Positions 8,782 through 18,388 of a DNA stretch of 64,000 nucleotides are shown here, in pieces. The stretch's first letter is position 1; each line of letters opens with the position of its first letter. The translations under genes were made by a program, and so were the position numbers. Below the pieces are notes generated by a model. That model was not told the DNA's origin and did not search any database. It saw nothing but the letters and a program-made list of their open reading frames with translations. The DNA lies in NCBI GenBank assembly GCA_016209885.1, contig JACQVF010000115.1, positions 31,472-95,471 on the forward strand, written 5' to 3'. The DNA is from Gemmatimonadota bacterium. Lineage in GTDB: Bacteria > Gemmatimonadota > Gemmatimonadetes > Longimicrobiales > Gaopeijiaceae.

Positions 8782-9609
8782 ATGCCCGCGAAGCGCTCGC
8801 TGGGCCAGAACTTCCTGGTCAACAGCAACCTGCAGCGGAAGATCGTGGACGCCTTGGGCACGGGGCCTGAGGACGAGGTGCTCGAGATCGGCCCCGGCCA
8901 CGGCGAGCTCACGCAGCACCTCGCCGGCAGCGTTCGGCGGCTCACGCTCGTCGAGCTCGACGATCAGCTCGCCGGCGCACTCGCGGAACGCTACCACGGA
9001 CGCGAGGACGTGGTGGTCCTTCATGGCGACATCCTGGACATCCCGCTCGCGGCGGTCAGCGCGAAGCCGCAGCGGCTGAAGGTTCTGGGTAACATCCCCT
9101 ACAACCGTACCACGCCGATCCTCTTCAAGCTGCTGGAGCGCTCGCGCCCGGCCGAGATCGTCGTGATGGTGCAGAGGGAGGTCGCCGATCGCATCCTTTC
9201 CCCGCCCGGGTGCCGCACGTACGGCGCGCTGAGCGTCGGACTGCGCAGCGTTGCGCGGGTGGAGCGCCTGCTCAACATTCCCCGCGGCGCGTTCCGACCG
9301 GCGCCGACCGTGGACTCCACCGTGATCCGCATCCGGCCCTATGAGCCCGCCCCCCTCACGCCCGCGGAGGAACACGACCTGCGGCGGCTGACCCGTGCCG
9401 CCTTCCGCTTGAGACGAAAGCAGTTGCAGAAGATCCTCCGCAGCTCCGGCGAGTACGAGCTGGACGCCGATGACGTCGAGGCGCTGGCCCGCGAGACCGG
9501 CTTCAACCTGAGCCAGCGCCCGGAACAGCTCTCCCCCGAGGAACTCATCCAGCTTGCGCGCGCCATCACACGGCACGAGGCGCGGAAGCGGGAACTGCGA
9601 AAGGCGTAA
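8782..9609 (+). CDS. rsmA: 16S rRNA (adenine1518/1519-N6)-dimethyltransferase
   Basis: LGQNFLVN, VLEIGPGHGELT and NIPYN motifs of KsgA. Confidence 0.9.
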   Translation: MPAKRSLGQNFLVNSNLQRKIVDALGTGPEDEVLEIGPGHGELTQHLAGSVRRLTLVELDDQLAGALAERYHGREDVVVLHGDILDIPLAAVSAKPQRLKVLGNIPYNRTTPILFKLLERSRPAEIVVMVQREVADRILSPPGCRTYGALSVGLRSVARVERLLNIPRGAFRPAPTVDSTVIRIRPYEPAPLTPAEEHDLRRLTRAAFRLRRKQLQKILRSSGEYELDADDVEALARETGFNLSQRPEQLSPEELIQLARAITRHEARKRELRKA

Positions 9610-9637
9610 TGGAAGGCGTGGGCGCCGGCGTGAGACC

Positions 9638-11023
9638 ATGAGCGAGGTGGGAATCCGGACCGACGGCGCGGCGGGCGAACACCCGCGGCTGCGGGCGCTC
9701 GGGCTGCATCGTCGCGAGCTCCGCGCCTGGGCGATGTACGACTGGGCGAACTCCGCCTTCGCGACCACGGTCATGGCCGCGGTGCTGCCCATCTACTACG
9801 TCCGAGTGGCCGCCGCAGACCGACCCCCCAACGTCGCGCTGGCGTACTGGAGCTACACCGCATCCGTCAGCCTGCTGCTCATCGCCATCGCGTCCCCCGT
9901 GCTGGGGGCAATGGCCGATTACCTGGGGGCCAAGAAGCGGTTCCTGGCCGGGTTCGTGGGGCTCGGCGTCGTCGGTACCGCCTGCCTCTACTTCGTGAGC
10001 CGCGGGGACTGGCTCCTCGCCTCCATCTGCTTCCTCGTGGGGAACGCCGGGTTCGCCGGATCCATCATCTTCTCGGACGGCCTATTGCCCCACATCGCCC
10101 GCGCCGACGAGATCGACCGCGTATCGGCCGGCGGCTGGGCCCTGGGCTACGTGGGGGGCGGACTCCTCCTGCTCATCAACCTGATCATGATCCAGCGGCC
10201 GGGGCTCTTCGGCTTCGCCGATGCCGCCGCGGCTACCCGTGCGGCCTTCGTCACCGTCGCGGTCTGGTGGGCGGCCTTCTCCGTTCCCATCCTGCGCTCC
10301 GTCCCCGAGCCGCCGCGGCGGTTGCAGGCCGCCGAAGCCCTCCACGCGAACGCGATCCGCGTGGCGTTCCGCCGCCTCCATGAGACCGTCGGCGAGATTC
10401 GCGAGTACCGCGAGGTCGTCACGATGCTGGTCGCATTCTGGTTCTACTCGGACGGCATCGGCACCATCATCAAGGTCGCAGCCGCCTATGCCACCTCCAT
10501 CGGCATCATCGGCGAGGCGTCGCTCCTGGGCGCGCTCCTCTTCGTCCAGCTCGTGGGCATACCGTTCACCTTCCTCTTCGGCACGCTCGGCGACCGCATC
10601 GGCGCAAAGAGCGGGATCTACCTGGCCCTGGGCATCTACGTGCTCATCGCGATGCTGGGATACTTCATGACCCGGGCCTGGCACGTCTGGGCGCTCGCCT
10701 TCGGGATCGGCATGGTCCAGGGTGGCGCACAGGCCCTCAGCCGCTCCCTCTACGCCACCATGATTCCGCGCACGAGATCGGCAGAGTTCTTCGGGTTCTT
10801 CAGCGTCTTCGAAAAGTTCGCCGGAATCGCCGGACCCGCATTGTTCGGACTCGTCAGCCAACTGACCGGCACCGGACGCCTCGGCATCCTCTCGCTGCTC
10901 GTCTTCTTCCTCGGCGGAATCCTCCTCCTCACTCGCGTGGATGTGAAGGAGGGAAGGCGAGTCGCCCGTCTCGAGAACGCCAAGCTCGCACCCGCCTCAA
11001 CCCCGAGCCCGCCGATCCTCTAA
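9638..11023 (+). CDS. MFS transporter (UMF1/MFS_1-like)
   Basis: ATG at 9638 inside the longer ORF. About 12 predicted hydrophobic segments; 461 aa. Confidence 0.7.
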   Translation: MSEVGIRTDGAAGEHPRLRALGLHRRELRAWAMYDWANSAFATTVMAAVLPIYYVRVAAADRPPNVALAYWSYTASVSLLLIAIASPVLGAMADYLGAKKRFLAGFVGLGVVGTACLYFVSRGDWLLASICFLVGNAGFAGSIIFSDGLLPHIARADEIDRVSAGGWALGYVGGGLLLLINLIMIQRPGLFGFADAAAATRAAFVTVAVWWAAFSVPILRSVPEPPRRLQAAEALHANAIRVAFRRLHETVGEIREYREVVTMLVAFWFYSDGIGTIIKVAAAYATSIGIIGEASLLGALLFVQLVGIPFTFLFGTLGDRIGAKSGIYLALGIYVLIAMLGYFMTRAWHVWALAFGIGMVQGGAQALSRSLYATMIPRTRSAEFFGFFSVFEKFAGIAGPALFGLVSQLTGTGRLGILSLLVFFLGGILLLTRVDVKEGRRVARLENAKLAPASTPSPPIL

Positions 11024-11096
11024 CCGCGGCAAGAGCGCCGGATCCCGCGGGCCCGGCCGTGTTCCGGGGCACCGCCGGAGCCGCGCCGGCCTCGCG

Positions 11097-11125
11097 TTGA
11101 CGCTTCCCCGCCCGCTCCCTAGCTT
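11097..11125 (+). promoter_or_regulatory. Candidate sigma70-type promoter of rex (TTGACG-17 nt-TAGCTT)
   Basis: Hexamers with 17-nt spacing located just upstream of the Rex box. Confidence 0.3.
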
Positions 11126-11129
11126 GTGT

Positions 11130-11147
11130 TTGTGAACTCTTTCACAA
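11130..11147. promoter_or_regulatory. Rex operator TTGTGAA-CTCT-TTCACAA (autoregulatory site)
   Basis: Perfect match to the canonical Rex box TTGTGAA-N4-TTCACAA, 13 bp upstream of the rex start; a rare AT-rich palindrome in GC-rich sequence. Confidence 0.65.
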
Positions 11148-11159
11148 GCACCCCGGGGC

Positions 11160-11804
11160 GTGGTGAGGGCTGCGGTCGTGCGGAAGATCTCGGATTCTGC
11201 GGTACGTCGGCTGACCCTGTATCTCCGGTGCCTGGAGGAGCTCGAGGGTCAGGGTGCGGAGACGGTATCGAGCGCGGATCTGGCGCGTCGCGGGGGTGTA
11301 ATGCCGGCGCAGATTCGCAAGGATCTTTCGTTGTTCGGGAGCTTTGGCACGCGGGGGCGTGGCTACTCCGTGTCGGGGCTGGCGTGCCGGCTGCGGGAGA
11401 TTCTGGGGCTTTCGCGGGCGTGGCGTCTGGCGCTGGTGGGTGCGGGCCGTCTGGGCTCGGCGCTGTTTGCGTACGACGGGTTTCGGCGTCGGGGCTTCGA
11501 GATCGTTGCGGTCCTGGACGGTGATCCGGCGAAGGTAGGCCGGACATGGAACGGCGTAGTGATCCAGGCGGTGACGGAGCTCGAGCGTGTGGTGAGGGAG
11601 CGGGCGATCGATATCGTAGTGCTGGCGGTGCCTGCGGAGCCGGTGGAGTGGCTGGTGGACCAGGCGGTGCGTGCGGGGGTCCGCGGGGTCCTGAACTTCG
11701 CGCCGACGCGGGTGGATGTGCCGGAGCACGTTACGCTGAGAGACGTGGATCTGGTACTCGAGCTGGAGGCGTTGTCCTTTGGGCTCATGCGGGAGCGGGC
11801 GTAG
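11160..11804 (+). CDS. rex: Redox-sensing transcriptional repressor Rex
   Basis: N-terminal winged-helix region (RRLTLYLRCLEEL), Rossmann NADH-binding GxGxxG (LVGAGRLGSALFAY). Confidence 0.85.
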   Translation: MVRAAVVRKISDSAVRRLTLYLRCLEELEGQGAETVSSADLARRGGVMPAQIRKDLSLFGSFGTRGRGYSVSGLACRLREILGLSRAWRLALVGAGRLGSALFAYDGFRRRGFEIVAVLDGDPAKVGRTWNGVVIQAVTELERVVRERAIDIVVLAVPAEPVEWLVDQAVRAGVRGVLNFAPTRVDVPEHVTLRDVDLVLELEALSFGLMRERA

Positions 11805-11806
11805 CA

Positions 11807-11830
11807 GGTCGCTGTAGCTCTTCAGCGACC
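11807..11830 (+). terminator. Post-stop hairpin GGTCGCTGtAG-CT-CTTCAGCGACC (second copy of the motif)
   Basis: Begins 3 nt after the rex TAG; one mismatch relative to the copy at 1380. Confidence 0.4.
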
Positions 11831-11834
11831 TGCT

Positions 11835-12035
11835 CGTGTCCCGTCCCGGAAGTTCTTTCTGCACCGAGAGCGCCGATGCATCCCGCAGCGCAAGGCGCGA
11901 CCGGGGTCCCCACGCAACGAAGGTTGCGTGGGGTGAGGGCGACGAAGGAATCGCAGCGCTATTTCGAGGAGGAGCAACCGAGCGATGCGGGATGCAGCGC
12001 CGATCGAATGCCAAGGCATGTCTGGGACGGGACAC
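11835..12035. repeat. ~200-bp intergenic element made of nested inverted repeats (possible MITE or structured RNA)
   Basis: Outer 12-bp inverted repeat GTGTCCCGTCCC / GGGACGGGACAC, an inner 11-bp pair TGCATCCCGCA / TGCGGGATGCA, and a central 11-bp hairpin CCCCACGCAAC-gaagg-GTTGCGTGGGG. Confidence 0.45.
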
Positions 12036-12038
12036 TAG

Positions 12039-12839
12039 GTGTTGTTGCTGGAGCGTGCGGTTGAGGTGCTCCACGCGGGGCCCGCATCGACGGCGGAGCT
12101 GGCGTCCAGGGTACTGGGTCTCACGGGGCATCCGGGTGCTGCGGCCAGCGCGGTCTTCGCGTTGCTGGGTGCGGACCCCCGTTTTCAGGTGGACGGGAAC
12201 GGGGTGTGGAGCCTTCGGGTGGGTCCCGGGTCGGCCGCCCGTCTCGAGCAGCTGGAGTACGCGGTGGTGGACGTGGAGACCACCGGCGGCTCTGCGGCGC
12301 GCGGGCATCGCATCACCGAGGTCGCGGTGATCGAGCTCTCGGGCGGCGAGGTCTTGGGGGCGTACCGGACGCTGGTGAATCCCGGTCGGCCGATTCCCCG
12401 ATGGGTCACGCGGCTTACCGGGATCACGGATGACATGGTGCGGAACGCGCCCCCGTTCGAGGCGATCGCGCGCGACGTGTACGGCCGGATGGCGGGGCGT
12501 GTCTTCGTGGCACACAACGCGGCGTTCGACTGGCGCTTTGTCACGGCACAGCTCTCTGTGGGGCTGGGTGCAGTTCCGAACGCTCCGGTACTCTGCACGG
12601 TGCGCATGGCCCGGCGCCTGCTCCCTGAGCTGCGGCGCAGGAACCTGGATGCCCTTGCGGCGCACTTCGGGGTGGAGATCCACGAGCGCCATCGCGCCTA
12701 CGGGGACGCGTTGGCGACGGCCCGTGTGTTCGTGAAGATGCTGGCCCGGGCGCGGGCCGTGGGCATCGGGAGCTGGGGCGACCTCGAGCGCCTGCTTTCC
12801 GGCCGGCTGAGCGCCCCGTCGACCGCCGGGGCGCGATGA
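12039..12839 (+). CDS. DEDDh 3'-5' exonuclease (DNA polymerase III epsilon-like)
   Basis: Exo I-III motifs (AVVDVETTG, VAHNAAFDW, HRAYGDALATARVF) after an N-terminal extension. Confidence 0.7.
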   Translation: MLLLERAVEVLHAGPASTAELASRVLGLTGHPGAAASAVFALLGADPRFQVDGNGVWSLRVGPGSAARLEQLEYAVVDVETTGGSAARGHRITEVAVIELSGGEVLGAYRTLVNPGRPIPRWVTRLTGITDDMVRNAPPFEAIARDVYGRMAGRVFVAHNAAFDWRFVTAQLSVGLGAVPNAPVLCTVRMARRLLPELRRRNLDALAAHFGVEIHERHRAYGDALATARVFVKMLARARAVGIGSWGDLERLLSGRLSAPSTAGAR

Positions 12840-13723
12840 TCGCCCAGCGAGCCGCGGATCTGCCCCTGGTGCGCTCCCGGCGCGTGGGGTCGCTGCCCGT
12901 ACACGTACTGGAAGCGGGGCTCCAGCGCCTGGACGGCGGTGCCATGTTCGGGGTCGTACCGAAGCCGTTGTGGGAGCGGCGGATCCCCCCGGATGAGCGG
13001 AACCGCATCCCCCTCGCGCTGCGCTGCCTGCTCGTGGAGGCGCCGGGCGCGCTGGTGCTCGTGGATACGGGGATCGGGAACAAAGAGGACGAAAAGTTCC
13101 GGGACATCTACGGCGTGGACAACGCGGGGTTGCCCACGCGACTGGAGGACGGTCTCCGGGCGGTCGGGTTCGCGCCCGAAAGCGTGGACATCGTGGTGAA
13201 CACGCACCTCCATTTCGATCACGCCGGCGGCAATACGTGGCGGGCGGAGCATAGTGAGTTGCTCCCCTCGTTCTCAAGGGCGCGCCACTACGTGCAGCGG
13301 GGCGAGTGGGATTTCGCGCATCGGCTCAACGAGCGGACGCAGGCCAGTTATCTCCCGGACAACTTCGATCCCTTGGAGGCGGAGCGTTGGGCCCTGGTGG
13401 AAGGTGAGGTGCTGGTGACGGAGGGGGTCAGGGCGTTTCCGACACCCGGGCACACGCCGCACCATCAGTCTGTGCTGGTGGCGAGCGACGGGGAGGCGGC
13501 GTGCTACCTGGCGGATATCTGCCCCACGAGCGCCCATCTCCCGCTGCCGTGGATCATGGGGTATGACGTGGAGCCGCTGGTCACGCTGGAGACGAAGCGG
13601 CGCGTGCTGGGGCGGGCGCGGCGGGAAGATTGGCTTCTCATCTTCGAGCATGATCCAGAGGTGCCCTGGGGCCGGCTGGATCCCGAATCGGATCGTTACC
13701 AGTTGAGGGCGGAGGAGGCGTAG
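12836..13723 (+). CDS. MBL-fold metallo-hydrolase
   Basis: HxHxDH motif (THLHFDHAGGN) and a downstream His (PGHTPHH). Confidence 0.75.
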   Translation: MIAQRAADLPLVRSRRVGSLPVHVLEAGLQRLDGGAMFGVVPKPLWERRIPPDERNRIPLALRCLLVEAPGALVLVDTGIGNKEDEKFRDIYGVDNAGLPTRLEDGLRAVGFAPESVDIVVNTHLHFDHAGGNTWRAEHSELLPSFSRARHYVQRGEWDFAHRLNERTQASYLPDNFDPLEAERWALVEGEVLVTEGVRAFPTPGHTPHHQSVLVASDGEAACYLADICPTSAHLPLPWIMGYDVEPLVTLETKRRVLGRARREDWLLIFEHDPEVPWGRLDPESDRYQLRAEEA

Positions 13724-13806
13724 GTCTATCTTACGGTGCTCGGCCGTCGGGCGAGCGCGTGGGCCGTGGCGGAGGGGTGGCGACTTCGGGGGCACGAGGA
13801 GGAACC

Positions 13807-15018
13807 ATGAACGAATCATCGCGGACACCGGTGCTGGTGAGCGGGGCCCGCACGCCGATCGGGCGGTATCTGGGCGGGCTCGCCCCGCTCAGCGCCACGG
13901 AGCTTGGGGCTGTTGCGGTGCGAGCGGCCGTCGCGCGCGCCGGGATCGATGTGGCGGACATCGATGAGGTGATCCTGGGGAACGTCGTCTCCGCCGGGCT
14001 GGGCCAGGCGCCGGCGCGGCAGGCGGCGATCCGGGGCGGCGTGCCCGAGACGGTGCCTTCGGTCACGGTGAACAAGGTATGCGGCTCGGGGCTCAAGGCC
14101 GTGATGCTGGCGGCCCAGGCGGTCCGGGCGGGCGACGCACGCGTCATGGTGGCAGGCGGTTTCGAGTCCATGTCCAACGTGCCGTACTACGTCCGCGGGT
14201 TCCGCCAGGGCGTAAAGTTCGGGGATCAGCCGCTGCAGGACGGGCTCGTCTACGACGGGCTGTGGTGCTCGTTCGGCCAGTGCCACATGGGCGGCCATGC
14301 CGAGTACACGGCGGCGAAGGCGGGGATCAGTCGCCGCGAGGCGGATGAATACGCGCTGCGCTCCCACGAGAAGGCGCTTGCCGCCATCGCTGGGTGCAAG
14401 TTCAAGGCGGAGATCGTCCCGGTGGAGGTGCCGGGCCGCAGGGCGGTGACCGTGGTGGACACGGACGAAGGTCCGCGACGCGACACGTCGCTCGAGGCCC
14501 TGGCGAAGTTGGGGCCTGCGTTCGCGAAGGACGCTCCGGAGGGGATCAAGGAGCTGGTCGTGACCGCGGGGAACGCGCCGGGGCTCAACGATGGCGCGGC
14601 GGCGCTGGTGGTCGCGTCCCTCGAGTATGCCAGGGCACACGGGCTGCCCGTGCTGGCCCGAATCAGCGCGTACACGGCAGGCGCGACGGCGCCCCGGGAC
14701 CTCTTCTTCGCGCCGGGCGCGGCCGTGCGGAAGCTAATGGCGCTGGAGCGGAAGTCCATTGGCGACTACGAGCTCATCGAGGTGAACGAGGCGTTCGCGG
14801 TGCAGGTGCTGGCGAACGGTGGCGAGCTCGCCTGGGACTGGGCGCGCGTGAACGTACACGGGGGTGCGGTAGCGCTGGGTCACCCCATCGGCGCCTCGGG
14901 CGCACGGGTGCTCGTGACGCTCCTGCATGCCATGCGCGACCGGGATGTGCACTCCGGGCTGGCCACCCTGTGCCTCGGCGGCGGCAACGCCGTGGCCATG
15001 TCGGTGGAGCGGATCTGA
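13807..15018 (+). CDS. Acetyl-CoA C-acetyltransferase (thiolase II)
   Basis: GGAGG RBS before the ATG at 13807. [11 protein letters not shown] active-site Cys region, C-terminal [11 protein letters not shown] and CLGGGNAVA motifs. Confidence 0.9.
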   Translation: MNESSRTPVLVSGARTPIGRYLGGLAPLSATELGAVAVRAAVARAGIDVADIDEVILGNVVSAGLGQAPARQAAIRGGVPETVPSVTVNKVCGSGLKAVMLAAQAVRAGDARVMVAGGFESMSNVPYYVRGFRQGVKFGDQPLQDGLVYDGLWCSFGQCHMGGHAEYTAAKAGISRREADEYALRSHEKALAAIAGCKFKAEIVPVEVPGRRAVTVVDTDEGPRRDTSLEALAKLGPAFAKDAPEGIKELVVTAGNAPGLNDGAAALVVASLEYARAHGLPVLARISAYTAGATAPRDLFFAPGAAVRKLMALERKSIGDYELIEVNEAFAVQVLANGGELAWDWARVNVHGGAVALGHPIGASGARVLVTLLHAMRDRDVHSGLATLCLGGGNAVAMSVERI

Positions 15019-15141
15019 GACGCGCCTTCGCGGGTCAAGCACCGGCGCCGGTGGTACGCGGGGAGCCCAGTTGACAGGCCAGTGGGGCGAGGGCGCCGGG
15101 AATCCCTCACCATTCCCATCGGGGGCATCGGGAGAGGAAGC

Positions 15142-15735
15142 ATGGCACTGCACGATCGTTTGAGAACGCACGCCCCCTCCTGGGCGGCACGGGAGATGGT
15201 CACCGGGCGGGGGGCGCGGATCGCCATCGCTGTGGCAGCCTTCGTTCTGGCCACGACGTTCGGTGCCTACGTGGCGATCCCGCTTCCGTGGACTCCGGTG
15301 CCTATGACGCTTCAGCCGCTCTTCGTGGTGCTGGCGGGTGCGCTGCTGGGTCCGCGGCTGGGCGCTGCCGCGATGATGTCGTACCTGGCGCTCGGGCTCG
15401 CGGGCGTCCCGGTCTTCTCGGCGGGCCGGGCGGGGCTCGCCCACGTTCTGGGCCCCACAGGCGGGTATCTGCTGGCGTATCCGCCGGCGGCGTTCGCGGT
15501 GGGCTGGCTGGCCGGCGGACGGAAGAGCGGGACTCTCAGGCTGGCAGCGGCGCTCCTGGTGGGGCTCGGCGTCATCTACGCGGGAGGCGTCGCGCAGTTG
15601 GGTGCGCTCGCGGGCGGGCCGCTCGAGCGGATCGTGGCCCTCGGGGTCGCGCCCTTCGTGGCGGGCGATCTCATCGAGATGCTCGTCGCGCTCGTTGTAG
15701 CGAAGCAGGTGCGGTCCAGAACCCTCGGGTTGTAA
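15142..15735 (+). CDS. bioY: Biotin transporter BioY
   Basis: ATG at 15142. Six hydrophobic segments and a BioY-like pattern ([20 protein letters not shown]); 197 aa. Confidence 0.8.
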   Translation: MALHDRLRTHAPSWAAREMVTGRGARIAIAVAAFVLATTFGAYVAIPLPWTPVPMTLQPLFVVLAGALLGPRLGAAAMMSYLALGLAGVPVFSAGRAGLAHVLGPTGGYLLAYPPAAFAVGWLAGGRKSGTLRLAAALLVGLGVIYAGGVAQLGALAGGPLERIVALGVAPFVAGDLIEMLVALVVAKQVRSRTLGL

Positions 15736-15894
15736 AGAGCCCGGGGGTTCTTCACTTGGGGGTGACGCGGTCGGGACGTTGGGGGCTGCCGTTCGGGAAG
15801 CACAGCGGCCTGTCAGGCGCGCTGCTCGTCCTGGCGTTCCCGGCGCCGGGAACGTCGCCGGTGTTCTCAGCGCTCCAGCTGGCGAATCCTCACG

Positions 15895-16272
15895 ATGAGC
15901 GGACGCACGCACTTCTGGGTCACCGCCCTCGCCGCCGCGGCCGTGGTGGCCGGCGGGACGGCGGCGGGAGTGCCGTTGCTCGTGAGCCTCGAGCTGCGGG
16001 ATCCCGCGCTCGTGTGGCTGCTCCCCGCGCACGAGATCTGGCTCCTGGCCGTGTTCACGGAGGGCGCACTCGCGGTGCTTCTGGGCGGTGCGGCCCTGGG
16101 CGGATGGCTGGTCCGTGCGCCCGGCGTGCGGGATGCGCTGGAGGCGCGGGCGGGTGGGCTGCGGGCCGGTCCGGAAGAGTCGGGTGCGCGGCCTGCCCTT
16201 TGGGTGGCGGCCGTGGGGGGATGCCTCCTCGGCATCTACTTGGTGGGGTGGCTTCTGCTGCGAGAGCTATGA
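15895..16272 (+). CDS. Hypothetical small membrane protein (weak call)
   Basis: Fills a 530-bp gap. Ala/Leu-rich with 3 hydrophobic segments; no recognisable family, could be a GC artefact. Confidence 0.3.
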   Translation: MSGRTHFWVTALAAAAVVAGGTAAGVPLLVSLELRDPALVWLLPAHEIWLLAVFTEGALAVLLGGAALGGWLVRAPGVRDALEARAGGLRAGPEESGARPALWVAAVGGCLLGIYLVGWLLLREL

Positions 16273-17144
16273 GCACGGAACGGACGGCTTCGATCGAGCC
16301 GACACGGGTCGCCGTGGTAGGCGGCGGCACCATGGGGAACGGGATCGCGCACGTCTGCGCGCAGCATGGGCTCTCCGTGACGCTGATCGACGTGTCTGAG
16401 GAGCGGGTGCGGGCCGCGCTTGCCACCGTCGCGCGGAACCTGGAGCGTCAGGTGCGGAAGGGGGCTCTCGACGAGGCGGGGAAGGAAGCGGCCCTCGCCC
16501 GAATCACGGCGGCGACGTCGCTCGAGGCGGCCGCGCAAGCCGATTTCGTGATCGAGGCGGCGCCGGAGGACCAGGCCCTCAAGTTCGACGTCTTCCGGCG
16601 GCTCGACGGCATTGCGCCGCCTGCCGCGCTCCTGGCGAGCAACACGTCGTCCATCTCCATCACGGCGATGGCCGCCCAGACAACGCGACCGGAGAAGGTG
16701 ATCGGGATGCACTTCATGAACCCGGTTCCGGTCATGGAGCTGGTCGAGGTCGTGCGGGGGCTCGCCACCGCTGACGCCACCCGAGACGCGGTCATAACCC
16801 TGGCGCGCCGCCTCGGGAAGACGCCGGTGGAGGTGAAGGATTCGCCCGGCTTCGTTTCGAATCGGATCCTCGCGCCCATGATCAACGAGGCGGTGTACTG
16901 CCTCATGGAGGGGATCGCCGAGCCCGAAGCCATCGACACGGTCATGCGCCTCGGGATGAACCACCCCATGGGTCCACTGGCGCTCGCGGACCTGGTGGGG
17001 CTGGACACCTGCCTCGCGATCCTCCAGGTGCTGCACCGGGATCTGGGCGACGACAAGTACCGCCCGTGCCCGCTCCTCAGACAGTACGTGGCCGCCGGGT
17101 GGCTCGGCCGGAAGAGCGGGCGCGGGTTCCACCGCTATGAGTGA
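16269..17144 (+). CDS. hbd: 3-hydroxybutyryl-CoA dehydrogenase
   Basis: VAVVGGGTMGNGIA Rossmann motif, HFMNPVPVMELVEV and GFVSNRIL motifs of the 3HCDH family. Confidence 0.9.
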   Translation: MSTERTASIEPTRVAVVGGGTMGNGIAHVCAQHGLSVTLIDVSEERVRAALATVARNLERQVRKGALDEAGKEAALARITAATSLEAAAQADFVIEAAPEDQALKFDVFRRLDGIAPPAALLASNTSSISITAMAAQTTRPEKVIGMHFMNPVPVMELVEVVRGLATADATRDAVITLARRLGKTPVEVKDSPGFVSNRILAPMINEAVYCLMEGIAEPEAIDTVMRLGMNHPMGPLALADLVGLDTCLAILQVLHRDLGDDKYRPCPLLRQYVAAGWLGRKSGRGFHRYE

Positions 17145-17147
17145 CGG

Positions 17148-18350
17148 GTGGGCGTGATTCCGAGCGCGGAGCAGCAGGAGATCCGTGCGCTGGCGCGGGA
17201 GTTCGCCGCCAACGAGATCCGGCCATTCGCCGCCGAGTGGGACGCGCGGCGCGAGCTGGATTCCGGCATCTTCCGCAAGCTCGCCGACCTGGGGTTTCTC
17301 GGGATGCTGATCCCGGAAGAGTACGGCGGACTCGGCCTCGACCCGGGCACCTATCTCCTGGCGCTCGAGGAGCTGGCGTGGGGGGATGCCAGCGTGGCCC
17401 TGGGGGTCGCGATCCACAACGGGCCGGTGGCACACCTCCTCGTCTCCGTCGGGACGGAGGAGCAGAAACGGGAGTGGCTCCCTCGCCTTGCGAGCGGCGA
17501 GTTGCTCACGGCCTTCGCCCTCTCGGAGGCGCAGGCCGGGAGCGACCTGGCCGCGATCGCGACGCGGGCCGAACGCACCGGCGATGGCTGGCGGATCACC
17601 GGCCGGAAAAAGTGGGTGACGAACGGCGCGCGGGCGGCTGCGAGCATCGTCTTCGCGCGGCCGGGAGAGGCCGCAGGCCATCGGGGGATTGCCGCCTTCC
17701 TCGTGGAAACCGACGCGGAAGGATACCGCCCTGTGCGCCGGGAGCGCACCCTCGGGCTCCGTGCGTCCGAGACCGTCGAGGTGGAGCTCGAGGGCGTACT
17801 CGTCCCGGACCGTGCGCTCCTCGGCCGCCCGGACGAGGGGTTCTACCACGCCTTGCGTGCCCTGGACGTGGCCCGGCTCGGAATCGCGGCCTTGGCCGTC
17901 GGGATCGCACAGGCGGCCCTCGAACACGCCGTCGATTACGCGGGTCAGCGGGAGCAGTTCGGGCGACGGATCGCCGAGTTCCAGGCGATTCAGTTCAAAG
18001 TTGCGGACATGGCTTCCCGCATCGCGGCCGCGCGGGCCCTCGCCCGCGAGGCCGCGCGCGCGGTACCGAGGCCCGCGGGGGCGGTGGAAGCGGTGGAGGC
18101 CCCCGGCTCGGTGCGCGGCCCCTCGGAACTGACCCTCACCGCCGCGCTCGCGAAGCTGGCGGCCAGCGAGGCCGCCATGTGGGTCACGATCCAGGCGGTG
18201 CAGATCTTTGGCGGCTACGGCTACATGCGGGACTATCCCGTGGAGAAGCTCATGCGGGACGCGAAGGGCACCGAGATCTGCGAGGGGACCAGCGAGATCC
18301 TGCGCACCGTCATCGCCCGCGAGGTGCTGCGGGCGCGCGCGAACCCGTAG
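17148..18350 (+). CDS. Acyl-CoA dehydrogenase
   Basis: GTG start 3 nt after the hbd stop. ACAD N-terminal, middle and C-terminal motifs (LSEAQAGSD, QIFGGYGY, catalytic E in TSEILR). Confidence 0.9.
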   Translation: MGVIPSAEQQEIRALAREFAANEIRPFAAEWDARRELDSGIFRKLADLGFLGMLIPEEYGGLGLDPGTYLLALEELAWGDASVALGVAIHNGPVAHLLVSVGTEEQKREWLPRLASGELLTAFALSEAQAGSDLAAIATRAERTGDGWRITGRKKWVTNGARAAASIVFARPGEAAGHRGIAAFLVETDAEGYRPVRRERTLGLRASETVEVELEGVLVPDRALLGRPDEGFYHALRALDVARLGIAALAVGIAQAALEHAVDYAGQREQFGRRIAEFQAIQFKVADMASRIAAARALAREAARAVPRPAGAVEAVEAPGSVRGPSELTLTAALAKLAASEAAMWVTIQAVQIFGGYGYMRDYPVEKLMRDAKGTEICEGTSEILRTVIAREVLRARANP

Positions 18351-18388
18351 CGCGAGAGAACCTCTTTCCCGAGAACGGAGCGACCGGC

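Noticed and set aside
11142-13277. 711-aa minus-strand ORF
   Set aside because: Antisense to rex, the epsilon-like exonuclease and the MBL hydrolase, all of which have clear family motifs. The translation is an Arg/Pro/Ala-rich low-complexity string typical of GC-rich frame artefacts.
16236-17927. 563-aa minus-strand ORF
   Set aside because: Antisense to hbd and the acyl-CoA dehydrogenase gene; no family resemblance.
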